This document shows positions 55,132 to 64,000 of a DNA stretch of 64,000 nt, one piece after another. The DNA lies in NCBI GenBank assembly GCA_946965045.2, contig OX337233.1:1-64000 (forward strand), in the 5' to 3' direction. The notes under the pieces are model-generated. The model saw nothing but the letters and a program-made list of their open reading frames with translations. It ran no database searches and was not told the DNA's origin. The stretch is from Epithemia pelagica (Eukaryota > Protista > Bacillariophyta). The translations under genes were made by a program, and so were the position numbers. Within the stretch, counting starts at the first letter, position 1, and the number at the start of each line of letters is the position of its first letter.

Positions 55132-56226
55132 TCAATCCAGAAGCTGATACCGTCCGTTGGGCTGCTGTTCACAGAGACAACGAAAACACCACGCATTCTT
55201 GTCCAGTAGTGGTAATGTCGTACAGGTAGGATTGAATCCACCACCAATCACGGCAACTTGATTGGCAACAGCCACCATAGTGCAGTCAAAGCGGTCATTT
55301 CCGAGTGATGGGAGATTCCAAACGCGGTTGCGGTGCGTATCCAACACTTCCACGGTTTGACGGCTTCCTCCGGCCACAATAAGACAAGATCCCACGGCAA
55401 CCATTGCACAATAAGCTCGAGGGTTCGGAAGCACCAAATCAGAATGGGTGATCCAACTGGATGAGAAGGAAATGACTGTAGACAAAGTGTCGTTTTGCCT
55501 CTCCTCTGCAAAGTCCAAATATTCCACGGAATCAAGTTCATCGTCACCGTTTTGGCCTCCAACGACAAAGATGCGGTGACCAATAACCGCACTGGCACAC
55601 CATCGTCGTGGAACAGTCATGCTTGGTCCCGCAGTGACAGTGTGGTTCCTTGTATCAATAATATCCACTGACGACAAATGGCGATGGTTGGAATAGCCAC
55701 CCATTACAACTATGTATCGATTGTGAACCGCAACAGCACAACATCCTTTTCGTCCCATTGATAAGCGACATGTCAATGTCGTCCAATGACTCTCATGCAT
55801 AGTGCTGGGTGTCAACGATGATTGCAGCAAATCCTTCATGTCAATTCGTTCGATACAATTTAAACATGAACTTTCAGAGTATCCTCCCATTACGTAGACG
55901 CCTCCATTGCACACCACAGCAGCATGTCCATCACGTGCCTTGCTCATTGATGGCCCTTCTCGCCAGTGCTTCTCCGGCGCTGCTAAATTCAGTACAAGAA
56001 CGGAATTGGTAGTATTCCAGCCTTTCTTGCATCCTCCCATCACCACGACTGTTTGTGCCTTGTCGTTGTTATTGTCAGTCATAACGGGATGATCAAGTAC
56101 AACCGTCGCGTGATCCTCTCGCCTTCCGCCCTCGAAAGGAGGCCAGTCGTCTTCATTCCATTTTGCTGTCTCGTCCAAAAGGACAAGGCCCGACTGCCAT
56201 GCTTGTTCTTTCAGTGCCATGCTCAT
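55132..56226 (-). CDS. Kelch-repeat protein, copy 4 (C-terminal tail shortened)
   Basis: 364-aa ORF. A TGA replaces the AGA codon found at the aligned position in copy 2, removing ~27 tail residues. Confidence 0.88.
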   Translation of the reverse strand: MSMALKEQAWQSGLVLLDETAKWNEDDWPPFEGGRREDHATVVLDHPVMTDNNNDKAQTVVVMGGCKKGWNTTNSVLVLNLAAPEKHWREGPSMSKARDGHAAVVCNGGVYVMGGYSESSCLNCIERIDMKDLLQSSLTPSTMHESHWTTLTCRLSMGRKGCCAVAVHNRYIVVMGGYSNHRHLSSVDIIDTRNHTVTAGPSMTVPRRWCASAVIGHRIFVVGGQNGDDELDSVEYLDFAEERQNDTLSTVISFSSSWITHSDLVLPNPRAYCAMVAVGSCLIVAGGSRQTVEVLDTHRNRVWNLPSLGNDRFDCTMVAVANQVAVIGGGFNPTCTTLPLLDKNAWCFRCLCEQQPNGRYQLLD

Positions 56227-58629
56227 GGTTCCAAAGGTTTGACTGCAGAATTTATGGGGATCGAGACCCTGTCTTGTAAGTGGTTAGTGGTTTTGCTTTG
56301 CTCATGTGATTTTGATGGGTGCGGACTGGAACCACGACTGACTTGACGAAATGGATGGACCAAAGAGAGGTAGGAGCTTTTGTCACGATACAAATCGTGA
56401 CCGTTGCTTCGACCGAGCTGTTGTGGTTGACACTGTGCTCTTGTTGTTCCATCCTGCTAGTGCTGCTGGTCAATGGTCAGAGTCCAGCATGACGGGTGCC
56501 TGTCGTTGTCTCGTGGTACTGGCACAGGTCAGTTTCGTCGCCATATAATTTTCGGGACGCGTCGTCCTAGTAGTACACAGTGTTTCGTGGTCCCTCTCGA
56601 TGAAGGCTCCACAGTTTGTCTGGTTGTTGGTTCCTTACGCATACCGAGTCGACGAGAAGCACAGTGGACACTGATCTTGTTCTACGGTTGATCATTGCAG
56701 GTTGAGACGGACAAGCATCAAAAGTCATCTCGAATTCATGATGTGATCCATGATGCGGCGGTACGATTGCTGTAAGGTTGCGCAGTGCATGTTGTGATGG
56801 TGGTGGGGTGGAACTTGGTATGGCCCACATCGTCCATTGTCGTCGACCCCGTGCCACAAAACATTCCTAGCGTTTCTACCTAGTATCTTTTACTGTCATC
56901 AAGATTGTAGGTACAGGCTATAGTGCACGTCCATGACTAACACCCAGCGAGAGGTAGTCATGAGAATTCGTGAATGAGTAGTTAGAAGACCAAAAGCACG
57001 ACACATATGCGACCCGACTCCTTACCCCCGCTGGGGACTACTCCGTCGCATCGACCACGATGACGGCAAGATGAGGACGGCGACGACTTGACCTTATCAA
57101 TCAATTTCACCAACATGTCTCTTCAAGAAGCGATGATTGAGGACAACAACCATGAAGTGGCCTCCTTCAATCCGTGACAATTGAATTGCGAGGCCCAGGA
57201 TCAGTCCCAACATTGGGAAACAATGGCGGTTGCCAACATAGATCGAGGAGCGCAAGAGAGTTTGCATGGACCCTCAAGTTCGAATCGCTCCAATCTACGG
57301 ACAGCAAATCTCCACATAAAGATGCGACAACTCTCGATGGTTACAAATGACACCCAATGGTGGCTGCTCCGTGGCACTGCGATTACCTTGGTGTGATCTA
57401 TGTGGCCTTTTACTCGGCTCGATCCGATGTTTGGAGCTATGTGGGCCTTGTCGAGGATTTCATGTACAAGGGTCATCGGGGAAATCGTCATTTGAATCGA
57501 CACGGTTACGTCATGCACCCGACACGGGAGAATCAACAGGTGAAGAATCGATTATGGGAAAGGGTCTCGCCACTCCAAATCGACCAGACGAAGATTCGCA
57601 CCACCAACCAGAATCCAACGAAGAAGAACAAGAACAAGTTCTATTAGACGACAGCCAAGACATGATCGGCGCCATTCGTGGTCGCGGTTTTGTTGTTGGT
57701 ACTGCTGAGTTCGGTACGAGACTCCAATGTGGTAGTGATCGAGATCCACCACTGCTGCTCGACAGTGTTATAATCGTGCAACAAGGTTTGGCGAACTGTC
57801 ATTGAGGGGCAAGACATCGCGATGGGGAGCAGCTTGTTTCCGGGCATTAGCATTCGACCGAGCAATAGTGCGACAGGAAATAGCGGTGGTGGAGGTTTCC
57901 TGATTCGTTGTCGTTGTCGTCGCCGCCGTCAATGCTCCGACTTCCAAGATGGAATTGAACACAGTCGGTTCCACGGCAATGGCGCCGTCAGCAGTTTCGT
58001 CCAATTGAGGCACTTCTTCATTTGTGGCTGCGTTCGTAGTTCGGAAGGTTGTGGTGTGGCAACGACGAGACTCGATTCCGTGTTGCCGTTCGGTCCATTG
58101 CGAGCAAATTACCGACCTCATGATATAGAATAGTTGCTGTATTGGAGGAAATATCGAACACGTCGGTGCGAAAAATTCCAAAGGATTCGCAATTGTCCTG
58201 TCACCCAAAACCGCCACGAGCATCGAAAGACGGGGCACTGCCCTCTTACGCAGGCGTTAGCCATAGAAGGACCGGACTCCACACAATTAAACGCATGGTC
58301 GGAACGAAGATGACCGTCCAAATAAGTCGCTGCGCCATGTTGTTTCGGGCACGTAGCCATATAATCTTCCACAGCATGATAACTCGACTCATTCAACAGC
58401 AGAGAGGCATGGTACCATGGGCATCTTTACCCAAAGCCTGGCTCCACTCCTGTTTGCGGTGTCATGCCGGATAGTGTAACTTTCGTTTTCTACTAGTACA
58501 ACGGTGTACATGATATCTCTATAGTTCGCAATGCCATGAAGAAAACAATCCAACTACTGTTTGAGAGTAAAATGATAATGCTATATAGTTCCGCTAATGT
58601 TAGGACATACATGCAATGCGTTGCAAATT

Positions 58630-58913
58630 TCAAGTTCCATCCTTCCCTTCATCACCACGGTGCGTGTGGGGCCTTGCTCGTTTACGATCTGATGTCCAGG
58701 TGGGGAAAGGCGAATGATCAGCATGTTGGATATTCCTTCCTTCCCGAAATAGACACCATCTGTCGATCTGCTGCTCATAGAGTCGTCGAAAACACCACGT
58801 ATGCTTGTCCAGTAGTGGTCATGTCGTACAGGTAGGACTTCCCCAGCCACTTATCACGGCAACTTTATTGGCAACAGTCACCGTACTTCAGTCCTCATGT
58901 TGTTTTTCACTAC
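58630..58913 (-). pseudogene. 3' fragment of kelch copy 5, with in-frame stops, truncated by Copia-4
   Basis: Translates ...TVTVANKVAVISGWGSPTCTT*PLLDKHTWCFRRLYEQQ...RGDEGKDGT*, aligning to the C-termini of copies 1-4. Confidence 0.82.
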
Positions 58914-59344
58914 TGTCGAGTAACGAAAAAGAGCTCTTTTGCAAAATTGTGTGTTTCTAGATTATCGTGTGCAAGCTATGAATCGCTCCTGCTCATGCGT
59001 TGAGCGTTGACTCGTAGATTGGTGCGTTGATCGACCAAATTGGCGGTCCCAATTGTTTATGGACGACCTTACTGAGATTCGTGGCTCCCTAAGTGGCGTC
59101 CGCTTACTTAGGAGCCAGTACCGTTATTTCTCTGGCCATGGGAGTCGTTGTTTAGAGCGGCATGAGTGTTACATAGCCGTCGTCCAAATCCCATGTTGAG
59201 CTGCGTCGTTCGTCGTTGTTGATTTGTGATTTGTGAGAGGCGGCGGTTCAATGATGCGTTGGGCGTGTTGTGTCATGGGAATTCTGTCTCTGTCCCCCAT
59301 TGTCCCCCACGTGTAGTTATGCCCTTGCGTACAGTATTTGAACA
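58914..59344 (-). repeat. Putative Copia-4 3' LTR (TG...CA, 431 bp)
   Basis: Starts TGTTCAAA on the minus strand right after the PPT and ends ...CTCGACA where kelch homology resumes. The partner LTR is not in the window, so the left boundary is inferred. Confidence 0.65.
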
Positions 59345-59380
59345 CTCCCTCACAGAGCGGTATTGTCAGGACTACCAGGA

Positions 59381-62300
59381 CTACCAGCCCATGATAGATT
59401 TGCGATGTCGCTCGAAAGTATCCTTGTCCAAGGCTTTGGTGAAGATGTCGGCAGTTTGTAGCTCAGTATCACATGGTAGTATTGTGATCAGTTTCTGTTC
59501 CACATATTCTTTGAAGTGGAAGAGTTTTGTACACAGATAGCGTGTCCGAGGACGATATTTGTGGACGGTTGCTAATTCGAACGCTCCATTGTTGTCCTCA
59601 AACACTCGGCAATGCACTCTTGGTTGCGTCGATATGACCTTGTATCCCCGCGTTTTCATTTCCTTGGTGATATGCATCAGTGGGATAACCGTCCGTAGTG
59701 ACGTCGACAGACTAATGATCTCGGCCTCGGTTGTGGAAAGAGCAATCTCAGTCTGTAATTTAGAAGCCCACACAATAGGGCAGCCCCCGTAGAAGATGAT
59801 ATAGCCGGTACGAGATCGTGCCATATCCGTCCTGGGCATATCAGTTTTGTTGAAGTTCCCACAAAAATCCGCATCGGCATAGACATCGAAGTTGGCATCT
59901 TCTTGTGGATTCAGTAGTATGCCGAGAGTACGGGTCGACGCAAGATAGCGTCCGATTTGCTTGACCGCTCTTCCGTGTATTTGCTTTGGATTTGCTGCAA
60001 ATCTCGCGCATTGGTGCACGGCATACGAAATGTCCGGTCGTGTACTCTTCTCGAGGAAGTTCAACTTCCCAATCACAGAGCGATAATGGAAGTGTCCGTC
60101 GAATGGGTCACCGTCGTCGTCTGAGCGCATCTTTACTGTACTTGCTGCTGGTATGTCTTTTCCTTGGGCGTCCTCCGGCAATCGTAAGTCATCGAGAATC
60201 GAATCAATTAGTCGTGTCTGGGATAGATGCATCTGACCCGATTCCTGTTTTGTGATATGGACCCCTAGGAAATCTTCAACCCCGTCTTCATATGTCATCT
60301 TAAGCCCGATCTCTTCTAACTTGGCGATGATGCGATTCAGTTCTTCTGGATCCGGCCCTGTAAGAATTGAGTCATCTGTATACAATATGTATATGCTTTG
60401 GCCGTGATAAAACAGGCATTCGTCATGAGAGCTTTGTGTGAATCCTGCCTTCTCGAGCTGTTGTACCAGATGTTTGTTCCATACACGTGCTGCTTGCTTC
60501 TGTCCGTAGTAATTACGCCGAATTTTGAGTACATAGTCTTCAGCCTTTTGTTCACCCTTAGTGTCGAAGGTAAAAGCCTTTGGAGCCTCCATGTACATAT
60601 CCGTCTCGGCCATGGCTTGGGTGTACGCTAGGACGTAGTCTACCTGTTTAATAGCCCATCCTTGCGCCAGAGTGGTAGTTAGAACATATCGTACAACAGG
60701 CCATTGTACAACAGGGGCATAGGTCTCCCAATAGTTGACCCCCTTTGTTTGTCCGGACCCATCGAAAGCTAGTCGTGATTTCCACTTGTAAATTTCCCCG
60801 GTCTCGAGCCTGCGCTTCCGCATGCAGCTCCAGACAGCGCGAGTAATATAGCTACCAGGAGGAATGTCTTTTCGGCGTACGATCTCCCACAATCCATTTT
60901 CCGTGTGATCTCTGACTTCCTTTTGTGCGGCCTTGATAAATTCGTGGCGATCTGGTTGCTGCATGGCTTCGTGCCAATACATAACGTCAGGATTCTTCTG
61001 TGCTTGTGCCGTCATGCTCACGATGCCTGGGAGAGCAATAGCTAGTTCCCCCAATGGATTTAGGTCGTCGCCGAGTTCTGCCATGTATTCTTGATATCGT
61101 GTTGTCGGTCTTGGCTCCCTTTGTGACCGTCGGAGACCAGCTCCCTCATGCACGGGGATATTTGGTACGGCATCTCCCTCATCGTCTCTTGTCGGTGTAG
61201 CCTGATCTTGTTCCACTATCTCCTCGTTATTGTCTACCTCCCTCATGGGTGCGTCTAGATTGATAGCTTTTGCTCGTTTGGGTCGTGCTGTTCCGCTCGT
61301 CCGTTTGCTGAATCCCGCGCGCTGTTGCCAATAAGAGATTGGTTGGGCTTCTCCAAAACTACGACGGATAGTCTCAAAGTTGTCGTCATAGTGCACATGG
61401 AACTGTGGTGACGATAGGCCCGATGAAATGGACAAAATAAGCCCAACCGTCCTTGCATGTTGCGCCGAGTAACCCAGGAAGATGCCAACCCGCGATCGTT
61501 CGGACCACTTCGGTAGGCCCTTTCCAGCTTGAAGTTCGTTATCCAGCACATAACTTGGGCATCCGAAGGTATGTGCATTTCGGACGTTGAATCGCACAGG
61601 GGAACCGGAGAAGAGTTCAATTGGTGTCTTGTCTTTATGTTTCTTCAACGGAGCTTCGTTAAACATGTCTGATGCATACCGAACGGCATACGGCCATAAG
61701 TTCGTTGTGATTGCTGTGGGCCATCGTCGGTGTGCATGCAATAGCATAGTTCTTGCCGAGTCTTGTAGATCGCGTATCCGACGTTCGGCCATGCCACTCT
61801 GGAAATGAGCGTTGACGCCACTGAAAGTCAGTCGCTGGCCTTTGCTCGCGACTGCTTTTCTAAACTCGTTGTCTGCGAAAATCCCATTGTCGGCATGATA
61901 ATGCTGGATAGCTACCCCATGGGTTTCTGCCCATGACTCGAATCTCTCCTTAGCTTCAATAGTATCAGTAGCTGAGGTAGACCGCTGTAGATGTACATAG
62001 CCGATTCCCGAGAAGTGATCCACGAAAACAGTTGCAACGCGATATCGTTCTCGCGTCGGAGTACCGCGCATGTGTGCGATATAGCCAGGCGTATTCGAGA
62101 TGAGCTGGTCCACTGACACGCATTGACCGGGGCGCGTCATTGTATCTAAAGTTCCATGCGATCCCTTGACTCGCCATGGTTTCTTCGTCGCTTTGCCGTA
62201 CAGGCATGCGGTGCATGCTGGAACTGCACACGATCCCAGTCGCCTTGGTAATGCTCCTTGGTGTGCCATGGTTTGGATCTTTGCCATTGATAAATGTCCG

Positions 62301-63418
62301 AGTCGATGGTGAATGCGAAGGAGTTCAGCTGTTGGACTTTCATGCGGCACTTCTTCTTCGTTTGGTATCACATGCACCACTTTTTCCGTATCGAATAAAA
62401 AATCTGTCGTCAATGGCGTGTCTCGATGCGGAAAGTATTGCTCGTTGTGTTCGTCATCCATGTCCGTCCGGTCCTCGAGACTCCCTTCGTCGTCACTTGT
62501 TCTTGGTACGTTGTCTTCCTGTGTGGCGTCGTCATCGTCTTCGATCACATTTGCCTCACTAACAATCGGTGGATTGTTGTCATCTTCACAGATTTTACAA
62601 CAAAAGCTTTGGTAGTGGGTCATTCCGGTGGCCGTGGAGAACTCTCCCACATTGGTGCCTCGCCGATTCAACGGAATCGTTCGTTTGCTCGTTCCTTGGT
62701 TCCATTCCAAGGTAATTGTGTTGTCAGTGGTGATGCATCGGGTGCCATGCGGCTTCGGTCGGTGATCTCGTGCCACTTGTGCCCAGTGTTGCGGGGAAAG
62801 GAGTCGATGTGACGTGGATGGAATGTAGAAGGACCCGGGGAGCACAATGCGGTATACTTGCCCATCGTCGTCTTCAATGTCCCATTTGATCGTCGTGGAG
62901 TACACCTCGGTCTTGTATAATCCAGCAATTCCCTTTATTTTGCGTTGAATTGGTGTTGGAGATGTCAGGCAATCGGTGATATCGTGGGTGATTGATGCTG
63001 TGGCACAGTTGTCGATGAAGAGAGGTTTGCTGTCCGAGTCAAATCGGACCGAATGCGCCTTGACCAGTTTGCTTGCCACCGGAGCTGCGAGTATCGTGGT
63101 CATGCACAGTCCTTTCATGAGGCTCGAGTTCCACTGTTTTCGTCGTCTCCTGGTTGCTGGCGATCTTGGCCTTGGTCTATATCTGGGTGGTGGAATGGCT
63201 GCATCAAGTATTGCCAGGCTGTTGGCCATCATGGTCGCTATCGTGGTCCATAAATAGTCGATCCATCTTGCATTCGTGGCTGGAGCAGTAGTAGTTGGAG
63301 CTTCATCATCATAACCTACTAGGACATACAAGTAAAGAGTTGTAGTCGCTAGTAAGATATAGATGAGCTGTTCGAAAGTCTTGGTGAACAGCCCGAGGAG
63401 TGACCTCGGGTCTGGTTG
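59381..63418 (-). CDS. pol: Copia-4 Pol (PR-IN-RT-RH), in frame with gag behind a single UGA
   Basis: Motifs: FIDNCATAS; HHRLGH/CTAC; VSVDQL..HADNG..AERRI; WKSRLAFDG; LYTDD; YADADFCG. The frame is open from 63418. Confidence 0.94.
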   Translation of the reverse strand, partial: QPDPRSLLGLFTKTFEQLIYILLATTTLYLYVLVGYDDEAPTTTAPATNARWIDYLWTTIATMMANSLAILDAAIPPPRYRPRPRSPATRRRRKQWNSSLMKGLCMTTILAAPVASKLVKAHSVRFDSDSKPLFIDNCATASITHDITDCLTSPTPIQRKIKGIAGLYKTEVYSTTIKWDIEDDDGQVYRIVLPGSFYIPSTSHRLLSPQHWAQVARDHRPKPHGTRCITTDNTITLEWNQGTSKRTIPLNRRGTNVGEFSTATGMTHYQSFCCKICEDDNNPPIVSEANVIEDDDDATQEDNVPRTSDDEGSLEDRTDMDDEHNEQYFPHRDTPLTTDFLFDTEKVVHVIPNEEEVPHESPTAELLRIHHRLGHLSMAKIQTMAHQGALPRRLGSCAVPACTACLYGKATKKPWRVKGSHGTLDTMTRPGQCVSVDQLISNTPGYIAHMRGTPTRERYRVATVFVDHFSGIGYVHLQRSTSATDTIEAKERFESWAETHGVAIQHYHADNGIFADNEFRKAVASKGQRLTFSGVNAHFQSGMAERRIRDLQDSARTMLLHAHRRWPTAITTNLWPYAVRYASDMFNEAPLKKHKDKTPIELFSGSPVRFNVRNAHTFGCPSYVLDNELQAGKGLPKWSERSRVGIFLGYSAQHARTVGLILSISSGLSSPQFHVHYDDNFETIRRSFGEAQPISYWQQRAGFSKRTSGTARPKRAKAINLDAPMREVDNNEEIVEQDQATPTRDDEGDAVPNIPVHEGAGLRRSQREPRPTTRYQEYMAELGDDLNPLGELAIALPGIVSMTAQAQKNPDVMYWHEAMQQPDRHEFIKAAQKEVRDHTENGLWEIVRRKDIPPGSYITRAVWSCMRKRRLETGEIYKWKSRLAFDGSGQTKGVNYWETYAPVVQWPVVRYVLTTTLAQGWAIKQVDYVLAYTQAMAETDMYMEAPKAFTFDTKGEQKAEDYVLKIRRNYYGQKQAARVWNKHLVQQLEKAGFTQSSHDECLFYHGQSIYILYTDDSILTGPDPEELNRIIAKLEEIGLKMTYEDGVEDFLGVHITKQESGQMHLSQTRLIDSILDDLRLPEDAQGKDIPAASTVKMRSDDDGDPFDGHFHYRSVIGKLNFLEKSTRPDISYAVHQCARFAANPKQIHGRAVKQIGRYLASTRTLGILLNPQEDANFDVYADADFCGNFNKTDMPRTDMARSRTGYIIFYGGCPIVWASKLQTEIALSTTEAEIISLSTSLRTVIPLMHITKEMKTRGYKVISTQPRVHCRVFEDNNGAFELATVHKYRPRTRYLCTKLFHFKEYVEQKLITILPCDTELQTADIFTKALDKDTFERHRKSIMGW

Positions 63419-64000
63419 TCATTCTTCATCCGAGGACTCTTCTTGGGCAGGGAGATCAGCCAAGGCATTTGCCAAACGGAGTGCCGGGGTGGTTCCTTCT
63501 TTTCCAGTATCCGGGTGCGCTGCGTCGTATGCTTTCTTCTTGTCTCCAGTCAATCCGCGTCCGTTGCAAGTGGCTGAGGTATGGTTCTTGTTGAGAGACC
63601 ATTTCTCGTGCCACTTGCACCAATAGTAGGTCTTGCCGTTCACTTCTTTCACTTCTGGACCTCCCTCAGGCGGACCAGTGGTTTGCCAAGCTTCTTTGAG
63701 TCCCTCTTTGTCCTTAGTCTGTTTAGCCTTGCCGGTCTTGTTGTTGCTACCAGTGCTACCTTCATTGCTTTGTGCAGAACGTCCCTTCGCCATGCGTTTC
63801 ACCTGGGCCTCAAGGGCAATAATCTTCTGGTCACGCTCCGATAGGGACTGCCATTTCTTGGCTTCCACTAGTGCCTGGTACTTAAGCCGTGCCCAGTCCA
63901 TGAGTTGCGTGGGAGTTAGGTTCGGCGAATCTCCTTCTTCGTATGCGTTCTTGCGACGCCTAATCATTTCCAGAAAGTTCTCGTCGTTCACCGTTTCATA
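63419..64000 (-). CDS. gag: Copia-4 Gag C-terminal part
   Basis: Zinc knuckle YYWCKWHEKWSLNKNHTSATC. Ends at TGA 63421-63419. Confidence 0.88.
   Translation of the reverse strand, partial: YETVNDENFLEMIRRRKNAYEEGDSPNLTPTQLMDWARLKYQALVEAKKWQSLSERDQKIIALEAQVKRMAKGRSAQSNEGSTGSNNKTGKAKQTKDKEGLKEAWQTTGPPEGGPEVKEVNGKTYYWCKWHEKWSLNKNHTSATCNGRGLTGDKKKAYDAAHPDTGKEGTTPALRLANALADLPAQEESSDEE

Larger units (their letters stand above)
58914..64000 (-). mobile_element. Copia-4: Ty1/Copia element, 5' part beyond the window
   Basis: Pol and partial gag lie on the minus strand. PPT GAGGGAG at 59345-59351. The putative 3' LTR is 58914-59344. Confidence 0.92.

Overview
This is the left end of a eukaryotic chromosome. 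About 700 bp of (CCCTAA)n telomere is followed by a repeat-saturated subtelomere. The telomere repeat, the Copia lineages with WC-x2-C zinc knuckles, the piggyBac-type transposases and the short GT-AG introns point to a diatom or other stramenopile (inference). Contents: (1) a decayed piggyBac-like transposase beside the telomere, facing a spliced gene with a P2X7-ballast-like motif; (2) four Ty1/Copia LTR retrotransposons, three complete with TSDs and one cut by the window edge; (3) an apparently intact 6.5-kb piggyBac-like element with ~196-bp TIRs and a CTAG target, whose empty site is present elsewhere in the window; (4) a deleted PIF/Harbinger element hosting a Copia-in-Copia nest; and (5) an A-B-A-B-A array of intronless kelch-repeat genes. 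The most unusual signals are in the Copia elements. One has a candidate GGAUUUU -1 frameshift, and another has a candidate UGA-CAACCA readthrough with a hairpin. Three share a hydrophobic plus Arg-rich module between Gag and protease. Two have non-TG..CA LTR ends. One has a half-tRNA-Asn primer site, an extra upstream ORF and a chromo-like domain. No CRISPR, rRNA or tRNA genes were seen. All domain assignments are by-eye motif recognition, not database searches.
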